Source of the DNA: Terriglobales bacterium
Lineage (GTDB): Bacteria; Acidobacteriota; Terriglobia; Terriglobales; Acidobacteriaceae
Length of the DNA stretch: 48,240 nt
Assembly (NCBI GenBank): GCA_035572845.1
Contig: DATNAF010000086.1
Span: 1-48,240, forward strand
Direction of reading: 5' to 3'
Shown: piece after piece, positions 1-9,209 of the stretch
Position numbering within the stretch: the first letter of the stretch is position 1
Layout: every line of letters starts with the position of its first letter
Position numbers and translations under genes: made by a program
Notes under the pieces: model-generated
Seen by the model: the letters and a program-made list of their open reading frames with translations, nothing else
The model's database searches: none
What the model was told of the DNA's origin: nothing

Positions 1-491
1 CGCCCCCAGCCGTTCGTCTGGTAAACCCCAGCCATGCCATCGGAAGGTTCACCCATATCCGCGAAGGTGTCATTGGAAGCCGTTTCACGTTCCCAGCAGC
101 GCACCACCTGAAAGACGCCAGCAGGCAATGCATACGAGGCGTGCCATTCCGTCCCATCAAAGTATCCGTTGGTCCCGATTGCCACCTGCACGGAAGGATC
201 GGCCACCTGCAAGCCCTGTGGCCCATTGATCGGCGGGATGCCCGAGATGATGTAGTTGTCCGTAATCAGCATCGGCGCATTCTGAAGCCGCAACTGTCTA
301 CATAGTTCACGAACGGCTGAATTGAAGAAATTGGCCATCGTGACGCTAATACCCAGATTATCGACAAGAATCTGGCCTTCGCCGATGGTGTTTGTAGCTC
401 CAGCCATGTCATCCCGCACATCCGAACGCACGAGGTTTGTGATGGTCTGGATGCTAGGATAGCTGGTAACGTCAACGAGTACAGTGGGCAT
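1..491 (-). CDS. 5' part (first 163 codons, runs off the window start) of a second, diverged allele of the 276-aa virion-module protein encoded at 47404..48234
   Basis: ATG at 491..489. The translation MPTVLVDVTSYPSIQTITNLVRSDVRDD... differs from the 47404..48234 product at only 2 residues (I/V and D/G) despite 35 nt differences. Confidence 0.85.
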   Translation of the reverse strand, partial: MPTVLVDVTSYPSIQTITNLVRSDVRDDMAGATNTIGEGQILVDNLGISVTMANFFNSAVRELCRQLRLQNAPMLITDNYIISGIPPINGPQGLQVADPSVQVAIGTNGYFDGTEWHASYALPAGVFQVVRCWERETASNDTFADMGEPSDGMAGVYQTNGWG

Positions 492-497
492 AATTTT
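1..497. repeat. Left copy of a diverged long direct repeat (partner 47744-48240)
   Basis: Hand alignment at offset 47,743. Positions 1-137 are identical; I count 35 substitutions and no indels between 138 and 486. Confidence 0.9.
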
Positions 498-565
498 GCT
501 CCGGGGTTCTGAAGGAACTTACGCGGGACGGGCGCTTGGGAACCGTCTCGCCCCGGAACCTTGTG

Positions 566-1540
566 CTAAACGTCTCTATGTATTTCCTGCGCTTCTTTGA
601 TCTTTGCGAGAAGCGTTTCCTTGGACCAGCGCAGGTCAATATCCAATTTCATAATCCCTGCTTGCTGCTGAAGTTGTTCCTTCGTTAAACCTTCAAGAAA
701 CGGTTCTTGAGGTCCGACGTTTGAAACTCTCCCACTATCCGCCCACCAGCGTTTCGGCTCCGGCACATCGTCTTTCTTCACTGCGCCAGCCAGCCACGCC
801 CGCTCCCAATCCAGTACGCAAACGCGCCCGTTGTCATAATGGAAGGCGACTCCACTCGGAACCTTGCCTCCGCAGTTCGGGCAATCAACCTTCGCCGATG
901 GCGCGCGATGCCAGTTCGATTCCACCGCAAAGTAATCCGCCGCCATGTGGTGATCGAGATTGAGGATGAATTGCAACTGGCGCGGATTCGACCGCTCCAG
1001 CCCGTCCGCTTCCTGCAAGCGGAAGCGATAGTAAGCCTCGCGTCTCGCCTCGGCTCGCCGCAACTCCTCTTCAGTCGGCTCCGCATTCATCGAAGCAAAC
1101 ACGCCCTGCCGGGTCAGGTTGCACTCACCGGAGGATAGAACGTTCTCCGGGTTCAATTCTTTGTCCTGAATCGAAAGGTCGGTGCCAGCAAAGTCCGGGT
1201 TGCAGATACCCAGCGCCACCCGCTTGGCGTTTTCAATCTTCAGCAACGGAACGCCGTTCACGTCGTCAGGGTTCAGATGCGGGATCTGGACGGGATGCTG
1301 AATCTGCATGAAGCAGTGCGAACGCTTCTCTTTGGGGCACGCCGGAATCGCCACATTGCGATAAATGCCGTTGGGCTGCATGAAAGCGCGGCGAGAGATG
1401 GTATGCAGATATACCACATACTCAGTCTTCCGCATGTTTTCCGGGTCGAGATACACCGGCGATTGTGACGCAGCCGTAAGCCCTGTGAGCTTGTTGCCGC
1501 TGGTCATTTCACCGTTACCGATGATGGTTGCTGTTGCCAT
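566..1540 (-). CDS. Hypothetical head/tail-joining region protein with a CPNCGG zinc-ribbon-like motif
   Basis: 324-aa ORF. The ATG is preceded by AGGAGG and lies 9 nt after the upstream stop. No family recognised. Confidence 0.6.
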   Translation of the reverse strand: MATATIIGNGEMTSGNKLTGLTAASQSPVYLDPENMRKTEYVVYLHTISRRAFMQPNGIYRNVAIPACPKEKRSHCFMQIQHPVQIPHLNPDDVNGVPLLKIENAKRVALGICNPDFAGTDLSIQDKELNPENVLSSGECNLTRQGVFASMNAEPTEEELRRAEARREAYYRFRLQEADGLERSNPRQLQFILNLDHHMAADYFAVESNWHRAPSAKVDCPNCGGKVPSGVAFHYDNGRVCVLDWERAWLAGAVKKDDVPEPKRWWADSGRVSNVGPQEPFLEGLTKEQLQQQAGIMKLDIDLRWSKETLLAKIKEAQEIHRDV

Positions 1541-1549
1541 TCCGTCCTC

Positions 1550-2230
1550 CTATGCTGCTAATGATTTGGTTTGGAATCCAGGCTGAACGCGCCCGAACTG
1601 TTTGAGAAAATAGCTCATCTGCTTCTGAATCAATCTCTCGCGGTCTGCAATCTGCGATGGCAGAATATGCTTTCTGCGGTCGTTATAGATCGCGTCGATG
1701 GTGCGGTCGTATTTCTTCTCTTCCGCTTCCTGCATCTCTCGGATGGCTCGCTGGCGCTCTTTCATCGTCATGCGCTGCGCTTCGACAATCGCCGGGATTA
1801 GAAGGTCGAGCACCATGCCGTCTAAGTGATAATTCAGGATGGTCATGCGCCCATCACGGAACTCCTGCGAGACGAGCTTGAATGCGACTTCGTAACGCCC
1901 CTTGTAGGGATATTCGCCGAGAGTCTGTAATCCGGTCGCATCATCGCGGTTCTCGAAGTAATAAACCGCATCGGTGTTGTAATCCTCCGGCGGATGCCAT
2001 TCGAGAATCATCCAGCACGGCTGTCCTCTACCTGAGGGTGAAGAGTTTGAGAGCATTAGTTGGCGATAGCCGAAGAAATGATCATGCGGCCAAACTCCGC
2101 CCGCGGTGTAGGTAGCCGTCTGCCCCCAGACAATCTTGAACAGCGGCTCGCCGTATTGATTGGTTCCCACGGCGCGGGTCAATCGCTGCTGGAAGCGCTT
2201 AGGGCATCGCCGACGCTCAACCTCTGGCAT
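1550..2230 (-). CDS. Hypothetical structural-module protein; start uncertain
   Basis: The longest ORF reaches 2359 but would overlap the GroES-like gene by 143 nt. The internal ATG at 2230 (MPEVERRR...) reduces the overlap to 14 nt. Confidence 0.5.
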   Translation of the reverse strand: MPEVERRRCPKRFQQRLTRAVGTNQYGEPLFKIVWGQTATYTAGGVWPHDHFFGYRQLMLSNSSPSGRGQPCWMILEWHPPEDYNTDAVYYFENRDDATGLQTLGEYPYKGRYEVAFKLVSQEFRDGRMTILNYHLDGMVLDLLIPAIVEAQRMTMKERQRAIREMQEAEEKKYDRTIDAIYNDRRKHILPSQIADRERLIQKQMSYFLKQFGRVQPGFQTKSLAA

Positions 2231-2582
2231 CGTGCCACCCGCGAACATCGTCAACCCACACCAATGCATAAGTGTTGGGTCCACCATCGTCATCAAAGCG
2301 CTTCTCTTCGGCACCATATTTGCCGAAGCAGGCCACCGTGCCAACAGGTGGTGCGCCAAACTCGCAAATCCCTACGGCAATTACTTCACCACGCTCGGAA
2401 AGCTCAACTCCGATGTCAGGCCGCGCAATCAAGCCGTCTTCCGTCACAGGTGCGAGCCGCTTTACCAATACTCGATCTCGTGCGGGGACAAAGCCCGAAA
2501 CCTTGCCATGTCGCTCAGGCGCTTCCGGCTTCTTATAGCCGCTGCTGCTGCGTTTGTCGTTGACTACGATTTCCTGCTCCAT
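2217..2582 (-). CDS. GroES/Cpn10-like co-chaperonin with an N-terminal extension
   Basis: PARDRVLVKRLAPVTEDGLIARPDIGVELSERGEVIAVG aligns by eye with GroES PLHDRVIVKR...GGIVL...RGEVLAVG. ATG at 2582 is preceded by AAGGA. Confidence 0.7.
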   Translation of the reverse strand: MEQEIVVNDKRSSSGYKKPEAPERHGKVSGFVPARDRVLVKRLAPVTEDGLIARPDIGVELSERGEVIAVGICEFGAPPVGTVACFGKYGAEEKRFDDDGGPNTYALVWVDDVRGWHDARG

Positions 2583-2762
2583 GTTCCGTCCTTTCATGGG
2601 TGGTGCTACACTAGTTTTGCAAAGGGAAATCAGACCCAAAGCAGTTATCCATGCGCTAAAGCGAGTAGGTCTGGACCGCATGTCTACCGATGCACATACA
2701 AGCCCTCTTATGAGGGCTTTGTTGTTAATGAAAGAGGGCGGATTTCACCGCCCTCCGGTTGA

Positions 2763-4100
2763 CTAGATGTTGATGGTTCCTGCATTCGTGATGAAGAGGC
2801 CGTGGCGAGGGTTGCGGTTGCAAATCTGCCCGCCCCACTCGTACACGAACATCTTCGACGTGATGTAGGTTGCACCAGGGTTGCCGCTGGTATCCGTAAC
2901 CGGCATCACCGTGTTTCCGCCGCCAAAGTCGTATAGGCCAACGGGGCAGAGTTCGCCGAGCGCCCAGTTTTCGAGGAACAGGAGATCGACTCGGCCAGCC
3001 TTTGCGGTGTTCGAGTAGATGTACTTCCGTTCGCCGAAGGTGTCGGGCAGTCCAGCGCGGGCGCGGTCAGTGATGTTGATGGACTCAGATTCTTTGTTCT
3101 GAGTGACCATCAGGTCATACCACTGGCTTGCGATGGTGGCAGCCTGTTCCGGCTTGCCGTACCAGACGCCCTTCTCCAACTCCTCGGCATCATCACCGAG
3201 AGCGCGAGTCAGGAGCACCATCGCCCTCTGCGCAACACTGGGGGTGATCTGCGAGCCGCCAAGGTTGATGACTGGAGTCGAGAGGCGGGAAGGATAAGCC
3301 GAAAGGCTCAAGCCGCCCTTGGTTCCAGTGTTGCCGTTGGTATTCCAGTACGGAATGCCAAGCACACTCGAACCGGCCACGCCGGAAGTACCGGCGACCA
3401 TGATGTAGTCGCCGACTGCGGTTGCTCCACCAGTGCTCGGCAGCGCAGTCGAGAACCACAACGTTTGACCAACCACATCCACGAAGCTGATCGTCGCCGT
3501 ACCGCGTGAAGTTCCACCCTCGGAGGGGAAGAACTGCACCACCTGCTGATCCACAAACGCCGCAGCGCAGGGAATGCCGGTGATGAAGCTCGTGGTGTCG
3601 CCCGAACCGGAGCTGGAAGAGACGGTAGCCGTCAGAGGAATCTGGTCCGCCGCGCCTGAACCGTCGCCGTTGAACAACGACTCGATGCCGTTGTAGAACT
3701 GCTTAATGGATCGCTTGATTTCCGACTTAGTGAAGGATTCAACCCCGCGCTCCGCACCGTTGGTCGCCATTTCAGCGAGGCGGGTGTACTGCGTGACATT
3801 GAAGGCCCAGATCGGCGCCATTGCGAACGATGCCGTCTTGGAGCCAGTACCAGAACCCAGCGGAGAGCCGTCGCCGGTTCCCACCTGAATTCCCGATGCG
3901 CCCTGAATGATGAGGGATTCACGCCAAGCGGAACGAGTTGTTCCCGCTGCCTGGGTTACGTTGGCGATGTTGACTTTCTTCGCCGACTTTTCAAGCTCGT
4001 TGTAGAGCCCACGGAACGTTGGCCAGGTCAGGGCAATCTCTTTGCCTACCTGCTCAAGTTCAATACTTTCAACCGCTGCTTCATTAAGTGGCCCGCCCAT
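2763..4100 (-). CDS. Putative major capsid protein (assigned by position)
   Basis: 445-aa ORF directly after the scaffold-like gene. Strong AGGAGG RBS. No sequence motif recognised. Confidence 0.6.
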   Translation of the reverse strand: MGGPLNEAAVESIELEQVGKEIALTWPTFRGLYNELEKSAKKVNIANVTQAAGTTRSAWRESLIIQGASGIQVGTGDGSPLGSGTGSKTASFAMAPIWAFNVTQYTRLAEMATNGAERGVESFTKSEIKRSIKQFYNGIESLFNGDGSGAADQIPLTATVSSSSGSGDTTSFITGIPCAAAFVDQQVVQFFPSEGGTSRGTATISFVDVVGQTLWFSTALPSTGGATAVGDYIMVAGTSGVAGSSVLGIPYWNTNGNTGTKGGLSLSAYPSRLSTPVINLGGSQITPSVAQRAMVLLTRALGDDAEELEKGVWYGKPEQAATIASQWYDLMVTQNKESESINITDRARAGLPDTFGERKYIYSNTAKAGRVDLLFLENWALGELCPVGLYDFGGGNTVMPVTDTSGNPGATYITSKMFVYEWGGQICNRNPRHGLFITNAGTINI

Positions 4101-4247
4101 TGGACAGTCCTCCTGAGGAGTGGATTTCGGCCTAAGCCGTCATGCAGTCCGCAGAAGTCCGTAGTTTTAAGGAGGGTCTACTCCTCTTCTGGGCAAATTA
4201 TGCGTCGCGTAAGGTGCGAGGGACCAGGGTAAAACTGTCTTACTAAA

Positions 4248-5504
4248 TCAGCGCCATTGCCGGATACCGCCAGCCTTCAGTGGGGCCTTCCCAGCAAGAA
4301 TCATGTCGCTCAAATCCTTGAAGCCTTGCTTCTTCGCCACTGCAACTCCTTTGGGCGAATAATCAATCTCACTGGGACTAGGCTCTTTGCCGCGTGTTAC
4401 GCCATTCGTGATCGGCGTTGCCGTTGCATTCGGAGTCTTTACCGCCCCATTCTTCAACTGATGCCCATACCAGAACTTCGCTCGTGCCTTTGCTGCTTCT
4501 TCGGCGCGAACTTCCGTCTCGCCCTTGATATAGGAGGTGGCCGCGTCCATGCCTTGCCGGTACTTCGCATTGGCGATGGTCTTGTATGTCTCATCGGCGT
4601 TGCGCTCATCCTGCAAATGCTTCCACGTATCCGCACGCAATGCCTGATACTGCGCTTGGCTCAATCCCAGCTTCGCAACAATGGGCTTGAGGTACTTGTC
4701 GATGACTGGCCCAGCGTGAGAGACCACATCGTTGTAGGCGCGGTCTGTAGCCTGTGCGCTCTCGCCGTTCTTGCGCTCTTCCAACTCTCGCTGTAACTGT
4801 TCGACTCGTGGATCGGTCTTCGGCTCTGCCTGTGTCCCTTGACGCTGGGAAGAAAACCACTGTGCAAGCTTTGCTGCCAATGCGTCGCCCTTGGCACTGT
4901 CTCCACTCTGGTACAAGCCGACCATCTGATCGAATGCTTCGGGGAACCCGCTGTTATCGAAGAACTTTACCGCATGAGGTACGACTGCCTTCGCATACTC
5001 CTGAGGGTTACGCTTCTCCATCTCGGCGAAGATGAGCGGAGCCAGCTTCGCCATCCCCTGCGGAGCCTCGTCCCACATCCGCGTATTGACAGCAGGGTCT
5101 CCAGCCTCTAGCTGCTGGTCAATCTGCTGCACTTCTGAAAGCGTTGCCTGAACGCCAGCCAAGCCTTCTCGTCCACCGAAAGTGTCAACCAGCGTCTTGA
5201 CTTCGCGGGCCTCGCGGACAGTCGGAAATACCTTCTCGTAGGCTCCGACCTTGCCAACGCTGTTCGTGAGCGCCTGAGCATCTGCAAGTAGACTAGCCTT
5301 CTCGTTCGGGTCGGCTACCCCCTCGGCTTGGCTCTTGAGGGCGGCAATCCGCTTGCGTAGAGCATCCGGCTGTCGCCTACCGTCAAGCTTATCCGCTTCT
5401 GGTTTTTCGGCTTCCTTCGTTTCAACTGGTACCGCATCTACAAAAGATTCCGCTCCATCGACTACTGGCGCTTCTGCTACCGCTACTGCTCCGTCATCTG
5501 ACAT
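4248..5504 (-). CDS. Putative scaffolding protein
   Basis: 418 aa, highly charged with helical-looking A/E/K/Q-rich composition. Lies between the portal-size gene and the capsid-size gene. Confidence 0.55.
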   Translation of the reverse strand: MSDDGAVAVAEAPVVDGAESFVDAVPVETKEAEKPEADKLDGRRQPDALRKRIAALKSQAEGVADPNEKASLLADAQALTNSVGKVGAYEKVFPTVREAREVKTLVDTFGGREGLAGVQATLSEVQQIDQQLEAGDPAVNTRMWDEAPQGMAKLAPLIFAEMEKRNPQEYAKAVVPHAVKFFDNSGFPEAFDQMVGLYQSGDSAKGDALAAKLAQWFSSQRQGTQAEPKTDPRVEQLQRELEERKNGESAQATDRAYNDVVSHAGPVIDKYLKPIVAKLGLSQAQYQALRADTWKHLQDERNADETYKTIANAKYRQGMDAATSYIKGETEVRAEEAAKARAKFWYGHQLKNGAVKTPNATATPITNGVTRGKEPSPSEIDYSPKGVAVAKKQGFKDLSDMILAGKAPLKAGGIRQWR

Positions 5505-5634
5505 CCTGTCCGTCCTTCTTGCCTAACTCATAAAATCTTGTTGCCCAAACAATTCGGCGCTGCTTCTCTCCAATTCCCTCACGACTCGAATTCTCTTCGT
5601 AGAACTTTTCCATCACCTTCAAGAGTTCGTCCAT
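5494..5634 (-). CDS. Small hypothetical protein (46 aa), not in the ORF track
   Basis: ATG at 5634 preceded by GGACGGAG. The stop overlaps the scaffold start region. Fills the portal-scaffold gap. Confidence 0.35.
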   Translation of the reverse strand: MDELLKVMEKFYEENSSREGIGEKQRRIVWATRFYELGKKDGQDVR

Positions 5635-5645
5635 TGTGCTCCGTC

Positions 5646-8210
5646 CTAACTCAGTGATTTACCAACCACGCTTGTCTTGCGTTCAATCTCGCTCCCCGTC
5701 GGCCCAACGCCCTTTTCAGTCGTTGTGATTTCGTGTGGAGCAAGATTCTGATCCTGCTGGATGCTGTCTGGAGAAGCGGCAATGCCTAGCTTCTGCAACG
5801 CGCTCGCCTGTTCCTGTGGTGGAAGCTTATCTGCCGCAACCGTAATGGAGGTCTTTGGCTGAATAGGCTGCTGGTTCTGAAGTGCAAGCTTCTGCGCCTC
5901 AGTCGTGTGCTGCTGATAGTGCAGGTTGAGGTTCTGGAAGATCTCCTGATCGTTCGGATCACGGCTGGAAGCCAGTCTCCGTCCTTCCGGACCGTTGATA
6001 ATCCCCAACGTGACCAAAGCCTCTACCGCGTGATTGTCTGTAGGCCGAACAGGAACACTCGAAATCTGTTGCGGCGTCTGCTGTAACATCTGCTGCGCCT
6101 GCTGAAGCTGCTCTGCTTGCGCTGGCTGCAAATCCTGCCCTGCCGCCTGAAGTTGCTGCTGCTCAGCTAGACCTTGCTGAATCAGCGGCCCGATCTTCTG
6201 CTCAAGCTGAATAAATTGAGGATTGTCCATCGGTGGAGTCTTCAGTAGGATGTCGAACTCGCCCTGCTGCTTCTCTACCGCGTCCACGCCCGCCAGAATC
6301 ATGTTCTTTGGCAGAAATTCCTTCATTGCCGCGATGTTTCTTGGGTCAGAGAGCCACGAAGCAATCGCGGGGTTGCTCGGGGCCTCATTCATCATCTGAT
6401 TCCAGACTTTTTGACGATCTGACCAAGACTCAGGGAAATTCGCAGAGCCGTCTGCTCTCGCGACCGCAGAACCCATCTTCAGGTCTTTCATTTGCGCCTG
6501 AATTCGTCCGCGTCCAGGGAATGTAGTATCGAACTTCGCCTCTTCCGGCTGTACGCGGGCATTCCAAGCAACGGCCTGCGTCGTCATTTGCGCGAAGCCG
6601 TCCAGAATGTCTTTCCAACTCTCTCCGAATGAGCTTCTGGCGTTCTCATCCTTCATGTCGGCTTCGGTAGCCGTCTGCTGCGGGTCGTGAGAGTCTTGTG
6701 AGCCTGCAACGCCCTGCTGTGCGTGCGTCAACTGCTCTGCCAGTGGGCCGGTCAGCCACATAATGAAGTCTGGCAACGTCGCCTGATGCGTGGGCATCGG
6801 GAAAGCAACCATGCTGTCCCCGGCTGACCTCCCTGCTTGCAACATGCTGCCTTTGAACGGCTCAAACACGCCAATACGAACGCTTGAAGCCCGTAGCGCG
6901 TCCACATTCCACACGTCAGAGTCCAGTCCAACGCGAGGAATCTCCTTGCGGCAGAACTCATCCCACAAATCCACAAGCACATTCACCCGCATCTGCGGGC
7001 CAGCATAGGATTCAGTCAGCGCGCGGCGATTCTGACCCTTGCCTGTGCGAGCGTGAAACTCAGTCAGCGACTCTTCCATCGACTCATTACGCGCAAACGC
7101 TAATTCGCCACCGGAGTAGACGACCAAAAACCCTTTTGGGAACGTCTGCCAGAACCACGACCGCATGGCCTTCGGGCAGCTTTCGTCCATATAGAATCCA
7201 GGTCGAAACCACACGCGAGTCTTGGTCGCATCCCGCATCAGTGAATCGCCTGTGGCGTAATTCGACTGCATGGACAGGTTGATCGACTGCCGCGCGAGCC
7301 GATCCAGCTTCAACTCGGCAATCCCTAAATCGCCAGCGGTGATTTTGTCCGCAATCCAAGGAAACTCGGCCTTCTGTGAAGCAATATCGTACTCTCTCGA
7401 TAACATGCAATACTGCCAGTCGCGCATCGATTTCGAGACGATGGATACCTTGCGTTCGAGCTTCCCGAATAGTTCCGAGACGGTACGAATCTTTGGGCGA
7501 TTGCCCTCTTTCCCCGCAGCATCGGGGTCTTCTTCATCCGCCGTCTCAGGAACTACATCGGGCGCTACATCCTCATATCCCCACTTCTGCGCGTCGGCCA
7601 CAGGCCGCGTATAGCCGATAGCCGTCTCATCTGTGCAGTAGTTGCGAGCAAGATCAGCTTGCAGCGCTCCGTACTTATTGTCTTCCGCGATGAAATGCTT
7701 CAGGCAATTCGCGGCGGCTGCATACGTCTCATCGTCGGGATCACCCGGCTTCTCGGCAAAGAACGTGCTTTCTGCGATCTCTCGCGTCAATAGCGAGACA
7801 ATCGTGTCATTCTTCTCGCCGATGACGTTTGTATCGTACCAACCGCCAGCTACATTTGAACCAAAGATGCCGTAACCCGAATATCGGCCAACTCCTGGCG
7901 CTCCGCTAATCTCCCACCCTGAATTGCTGGTTGGCTTGAGCCGATGAAAGCCACGATCCAGCAGTTCCAGCATCCACGCACCCTGCACTTCGATGCGCCT
8001 CGCCACCGGGTCAGCCTTCGCAGCAGCGTCCACCATAGACCGCATTGCGTTCTTCTGGTCATCATTCAGCCTATTCTGGGCATTTTCCGCAGTCGTCCAC
8101 ATCGGCTGATCGGATACATCGAAGGCCGCGAACGTGCCGAGGGGAAGAGACGCAGGGTCGAAGTCTTGCGATACGACTTCGTCTACGTCATCGTCCAGCA
8201 AATCAGCCAT
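5646..8210 (-). CDS. Putative portal protein with a Q-rich C-terminal region
   Basis: 854-aa ORF between the terminase and scaffold/capsid genes. Assignment is by size and synteny only. Confidence 0.6.
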   Translation of the reverse strand: MADLLDDDVDEVVSQDFDPASLPLGTFAAFDVSDQPMWTTAENAQNRLNDDQKNAMRSMVDAAAKADPVARRIEVQGAWMLELLDRGFHRLKPTSNSGWEISGAPGVGRYSGYGIFGSNVAGGWYDTNVIGEKNDTIVSLLTREIAESTFFAEKPGDPDDETYAAAANCLKHFIAEDNKYGALQADLARNYCTDETAIGYTRPVADAQKWGYEDVAPDVVPETADEEDPDAAGKEGNRPKIRTVSELFGKLERKVSIVSKSMRDWQYCMLSREYDIASQKAEFPWIADKITAGDLGIAELKLDRLARQSINLSMQSNYATGDSLMRDATKTRVWFRPGFYMDESCPKAMRSWFWQTFPKGFLVVYSGGELAFARNESMEESLTEFHARTGKGQNRRALTESYAGPQMRVNVLVDLWDEFCRKEIPRVGLDSDVWNVDALRASSVRIGVFEPFKGSMLQAGRSAGDSMVAFPMPTHQATLPDFIMWLTGPLAEQLTHAQQGVAGSQDSHDPQQTATEADMKDENARSSFGESWKDILDGFAQMTTQAVAWNARVQPEEAKFDTTFPGRGRIQAQMKDLKMGSAVARADGSANFPESWSDRQKVWNQMMNEAPSNPAIASWLSDPRNIAAMKEFLPKNMILAGVDAVEKQQGEFDILLKTPPMDNPQFIQLEQKIGPLIQQGLAEQQQLQAAGQDLQPAQAEQLQQAQQMLQQTPQQISSVPVRPTDNHAVEALVTLGIINGPEGRRLASSRDPNDQEIFQNLNLHYQQHTTEAQKLALQNQQPIQPKTSITVAADKLPPQEQASALQKLGIAASPDSIQQDQNLAPHEITTTEKGVGPTGSEIERKTSVVGKSLS

Positions 8211-8501
8211 CTATTTCCCCTTCAGCGGTTGAGAATCCGCATAATTCTGGAGCCATTCGGCGATTCGATGCGCAAGATACCAGCGTCCTCGCAGATGCCC
8301 CAAAGCCGACACGCGCCGCTCCGCGGCGAATAGAAATGACCCTCCATATTGATGATTGGCGTGGCTATACGCCTCATATTCAGACCTCGCGCGCTCTTCT
8401 AGTGGGAGGTGATACCAATCCACATAGCCACTTCCAATCTGCTCCCTGAATTGCTTCAGGACACGATACGTCACACGATCTTGGAGTGGTCGCAGTTTCA
8501 T
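8211..8501 (-). CDS. Hypothetical protein (96 aa)
   Basis: ATG at 8501 preceded by AAGGAAG. The stop abuts the portal ATG. The upstream extension in the ORF track looks out of frame. Confidence 0.5.
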   Translation of the reverse strand: MKLRPLQDRVTYRVLKQFREQIGSGYVDWYHLPLEERARSEYEAYSHANHQYGGSFLFAAERRVSALGHLRGRWYLAHRIAEWLQNYADSQPLKGK

Positions 8502-8659
8502 TTGACTTCCTTTAGCGGCCTGTTCATTTCGTGGAGCTTTTGCGGCAATTTCTTGCCCTTGCTCGCGGCATTCCATTCGTCCACATCCACGCCCTGCTGC
8601 TCCAGCTTGTCGCGGTTGGCATTGAAGTAGGCTTCTTGAGCCTTCGAGACGAACGGCAT
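8498..8659 (-). CDS. Small hypothetical protein (53 aa, MPFVSKAQEAYF...), not in the ORF track
   Basis: ATG shares one nt with the upstream TAA. The stop forms ATGA with the next start. Confidence 0.45.
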   Translation of the reverse strand: MPFVSKAQEAYFNANRDKLEQQGVDVDEWNAASKGKKLPQKLHEMNRPLKEVK

Positions 8660-8847
8660 TATTTCGCCATCGCCTTGAAGCCCTTGGCGCTCGCGATCAT
8701 CCGTCCCAGCCGCCCGCTGTGATGACCTTCCAAGTCCTTCGCCGGGATTTTCTTGTCCTCAGATATCCCAAGCGCCCTATGCAACGCGCCAGGGTGCTCT
8801 TTGAATGAACCTTTCGAGCCGAGATTCACGGTCTTCGTCCCGTACAT
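8659..8847 (-). CDS. Small hypothetical protein (62 aa)
   Basis: ORF translationally coupled on both sides. Confidence 0.5.
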   Translation of the reverse strand: MYGTKTVNLGSKGSFKEHPGALHRALGISEDKKIPAKDLEGHHSGRLGRMIASAKGFKAMAK

Positions 8848-9209
8848 TACTCATACTCCGCGTCGTCTTCCGGCTCCTGCTCGTCTTCCTGCCCAGCGCC
8901 CGCGAGCTTCTTGCCGTGTTCATGTGCTTCTTCCACGCTGCCGTGGTCGCTATGATTCTCGTGGCCGTCAGGATGAATCGAGTGAACATGATGCTGACCG
9001 CCTTCGTGGTCATGCGTCACATGAACCTCTTGTGCCGGTCCATGCTCCTGCGCGACCTGCGAGCCGTCTTCCTCGCCGCCGCCATCGGTAGGCTGCGCCA
9101 ATGGATCGGTGCGATCGGCCACGCCAGCGTTGCGCTCCATCGAACGCTTATGCGCCATCATCGGTGCCCGATTTGTGCTCTTGAATCCGTCCCCTGCTTC
9201 GTATGCCAT
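8847..9209 (-). CDS. Histidine-rich, strongly acidic protein
   Basis: ATG preceded by GGAGGAAG. Contains HVTHDHEGGQHHVHSIHPDGHENHSDHGSVEEAHEHG and an acidic tail. Confidence 0.6.
   Translation of the reverse strand: MAYEAGDGFKSTNRAPMMAHKRSMERNAGVADRTDPLAQPTDGGGEEDGSQVAQEHGPAQEVHVTHDHEGGQHHVHSIHPDGHENHSDHGSVEEAHEHGKKLAGAGQEDEQEPEDDAEYE

Noticed and set aside
1-497. Perfect direct terminal repeat or simple circular-assembly overlap
   Set aside because: The two copies differ at 35 positions with a codon-position bias, so they are not the same molecule end read twice.
2060-2762. 167-aa and 200-aa plus-strand ORFs
   Set aside because: They are antisense to the GroES-like gene and the neighbouring structural gene and have no coding features.
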